NCBI GenBank assembly: GCA_040182905.1 | Contig: JARQWU010000029.1 | Span: 46,385 to 66,384 of the forward strand | DNA length: 20,000 bases | Source of the DNA: Barthelona sp. PAP020 | Lineage: Eukaryota | Direction of reading: 5' to 3' | In this document: piece by piece, positions 18,606 through 20,000 of the stretch | Layout: every line of letters begins with the position of its first letter | How positions within the stretch are numbered: position 1 is the first letter of the stretch | The notes under the pieces: generated by a model | Told to the model about the DNA's origin: nothing | Databases searched by the model: none | The model's input: only the letters and a program-made list of their open reading frames with translations | Position numbers and translations under genes: made by a program

Positions 18606-19466
18606 TCAAATGCTATTCAACATGTCCCCAATTTCAAACAAATCGACTTTTGTCAGAGACAAATTGTCATACAGCTTTGAAAAACACTTATAATCCTCAA
18701 CACTCTCATAGAATTCGTATACTTCACTTGATTGAGTGATTGAATTGGTAATTGCAATGGAAGAAGTGTTGAGACTTGATTGAGAAAATCTCCCATCTTG
18801 AATACATTTTGGGCCTACGGCAACAGATACAATATGATCACCTTGGTCAAAACATTTAAAAAACCATTCTTTTAAATATTTGCTTTCATAAAGAGCATAT
18901 ACAAAGTTGTTCATGTCATCAACATGAAATTCAATTTTTAGCATATCCAAATGAAATCCCAATCCTAAAGCTTTAGAAAAGCTTTCTTTTAAAGTCCAAT
19001 ATCTGTAAAACATTTTTAATTGATCATTTGATTGAATAATTTTTTGCCTTTCATAGTTGGTAAATAAATGAACAAAATCTTTAAAAAACTCTTTAAAAGT
19101 TTCGCTATTATATAAATTTATGTCACTAACATCAACACCGATTAATCTTTGTCGAGATTTTCCAATTACAATGTAATTTCCACTGTGACTTAAATTAAAA
19201 TTCATTGAGTTGTCCCGAAAATATGGCATTTGAAATACAGTATATCCAAAACTAGGATATGCTGTTGAATTATAAATGTAATATTGTAAAAGTCTTGCTC
19301 CCAATGATCTAAATTTATCTTCATCTCTCAAATACCTTTTTACCTTTTGCTGTTCTTCAAATGGTAACTTAGAACAAACATTATTGACAATTAAAGTGTC
19401 AAAATTTTGTTCAGTTATGTTTTCAAAGTTAATATAAAATATACCAATATCTTTTTGATTATTCAT
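18606..19466 (-). CDS. AASDHPPT: Sfp-type 4'-phosphopantetheinyl transferase (AASDHPPT/Lys5-like)
   Basis: EEQQKVKRY...RSLGARLL, FNLSHSG, IGVDV, FTNYE and FYRYWTLKESFSKALGLG. Confidence 0.9.
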   Translation of the reverse strand: MNNQKDIGIFYINFENITEQNFDTLIVNNVCSKLPFEEQQKVKRYLRDEDKFRSLGARLLQYYIYNSTAYPSFGYTVFQMPYFRDNSMNFNLSHSGNYIVIGKSRQRLIGVDVSDINLYNSETFKEFFKDFVHLFTNYERQKIIQSNDQLKMFYRYWTLKESFSKALGLGFHLDMLKIEFHVDDMNNFVYALYESKYLKEWFFKCFDQGDHIVSVAVGPKCIQDGRFSQSSLNTSSIAITNSITQSSEVYEFYESVEDYKCFSKLYDNLSLTKVDLFEIGDMLNSI

Positions 19467-19508
19467 AAATTAATTCATATAAAATATATTTTCGTAATCA
19501 ATAATTGT
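19467..19508. promoter_or_regulatory. Putative minimal bidirectional promoter (42 nt) between PPTase and the MGxxxS ORF
   Basis: Head-to-head ATGs at 19466 (-) and 19509 (+) with an almost pure AT spacer. Depends on the small ORF being real. Confidence 0.4.
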
Positions 19509-19817
19509 ATGGGATCAAAAATATCAAAAGAATCTTATGATTATTCAAATAAGACAAAAAGTGATAACAACCCCACAATTTATTTGGAATTAGATGGTGC
19601 AATAGAAGAGTTTTTAACATCAGCAAATGGATTACAATTGAGTTATAGAATGAGGCAATATCCTCGAGAAACTTTTCATGGAAAATTTGTAAATCCAAAG
19701 AAAACAAAGAGAAAAACATGTTTATCAAGATATTTGAAACCTCCCAAAAGACAAAATTCAATTTATACGGCAATGAGTCCATCAATGGAAATCTACCACC
19801 AAACAATAACTTATTAA
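19509..19817 (+). CDS. Small basic hypothetical protein (102 aa) with N-myristoylation motif
   Basis: ATG at 19509 gives MGSKIS (MGxxxS). The upstream part of track ORF 19407 overlaps the PPTase antisense and is not credible. Confidence 0.55.
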   Translation: MGSKISKESYDYSNKTKSDNNPTIYLELDGAIEEFLTSANGLQLSYRMRQYPRETFHGKFVNPKKTKRKTCLSRYLKPPKRQNSIYTAMSPSMEIYHQTITY

Positions 19818-19887
19818 AAAATAAAAACGTTTTCTATAATACTTTTACGTAACAATGTCATCCAGTTTAACCGCGACTAATCTAAAC

Positions 19888-20000
19888 TTATTTAGATTTA
19901 GTTTTGTGAGTAACGGGAACATAAGTGAGGGAGAATTCACCTAAGTAGTGTCCGATCATAGGGGCCTTGATTTCAACAACATTAAATTCCTTTCCATTAT
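19888..20000 (-). CDS. RPS15: 40S ribosomal protein S15 (uS19), 3' end only
   Basis: The reverse strand translates to (Y/H)[36 protein letters not shown], matching the eukaryotic uS19 signature [32 protein letters not shown]. Not in the ORF track. Confidence 0.93.
   Translation of the reverse strand, partial: NGKEFNVVEIKAPMIGHYLGEFSLTYVPVTHKTKSK

Noticed and set aside
19498..19806. Minus-strand ORF beginning FGGRFPLM as a possible spliced exon supplying the RPS15 tail (RFIPLK)
   Set aside because: There is no GATxSS motif, no stop after the match, and no branch point or acceptor in suitable position. It is antisense to the MGxxxS ORF, so a chance resemblance.
19828..19865. ATGA...AAA...GA arrangement in the RPS15 3' UTR resembling a SECIS element
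   Set aside because: The stem pairs poorly, and the gene ends in TAA with no in-frame TGA visible.
19850..20000. GC-richer, hairpin-forming stretch that first looked like a structured ncRNA (RNase MRP-like GGGGC)
   Set aside because: It is explained by the RPS15 coding sequence on the minus strand, and no MRP CR-I motif is present.
1..20000. Prokaryotic or viral systems (CRISPR arrays, operons, IS elements), tRNA or rRNA genes
   Set aside because: No repeat-spacer arrays, transposase, terminal repeats or RNA-gene signatures were seen. Gene content and the spliceosomal intron are eukaryotic.

Overview
Gene-dense, AT-rich, intron-poor eukaryotic DNA, most likely from a flagellated protist. 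A metamonad-like lineage is possible but is inference only. The genetic code is standard: TAA, TAG and TGA each end recognisable proteins. Gene order: 3' end of a membrane protein with a long acidic tail; a multiply broken kinase-N-lobe/WD40 pseudogene; syntaxin-5; kinesin-8 (true start at 4229, with a 39-nt intron the ORF track missed); a small coiled-coil orphan; MRD1/RBM19; an ankyrin protein; an orphan; a PKA catalytic subunit; SPCS2; a catalytically dead kinesin; an RIIa+EF-hand radial-spoke-like protein; an Sfp-type phosphopantetheinyl transferase; a small MGxxxS orphan; and the 3' end of RPS15/uS19, which is absent from the ORF track. The most notable observations are: (1) uS19 lacks the conserved decoding-centre C-terminal tail and its stop codon sits in a hairpin loop; (2) a pseudo-kinesin carries SxIP and clustered LC8-like motifs; (3) syntaxin-5 has His at the SNARE zero layer; (4) the tiny intron has Trichomonas/Giardia-like branch-point spacing. 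Family assignments come from motif recognition, not database searches.
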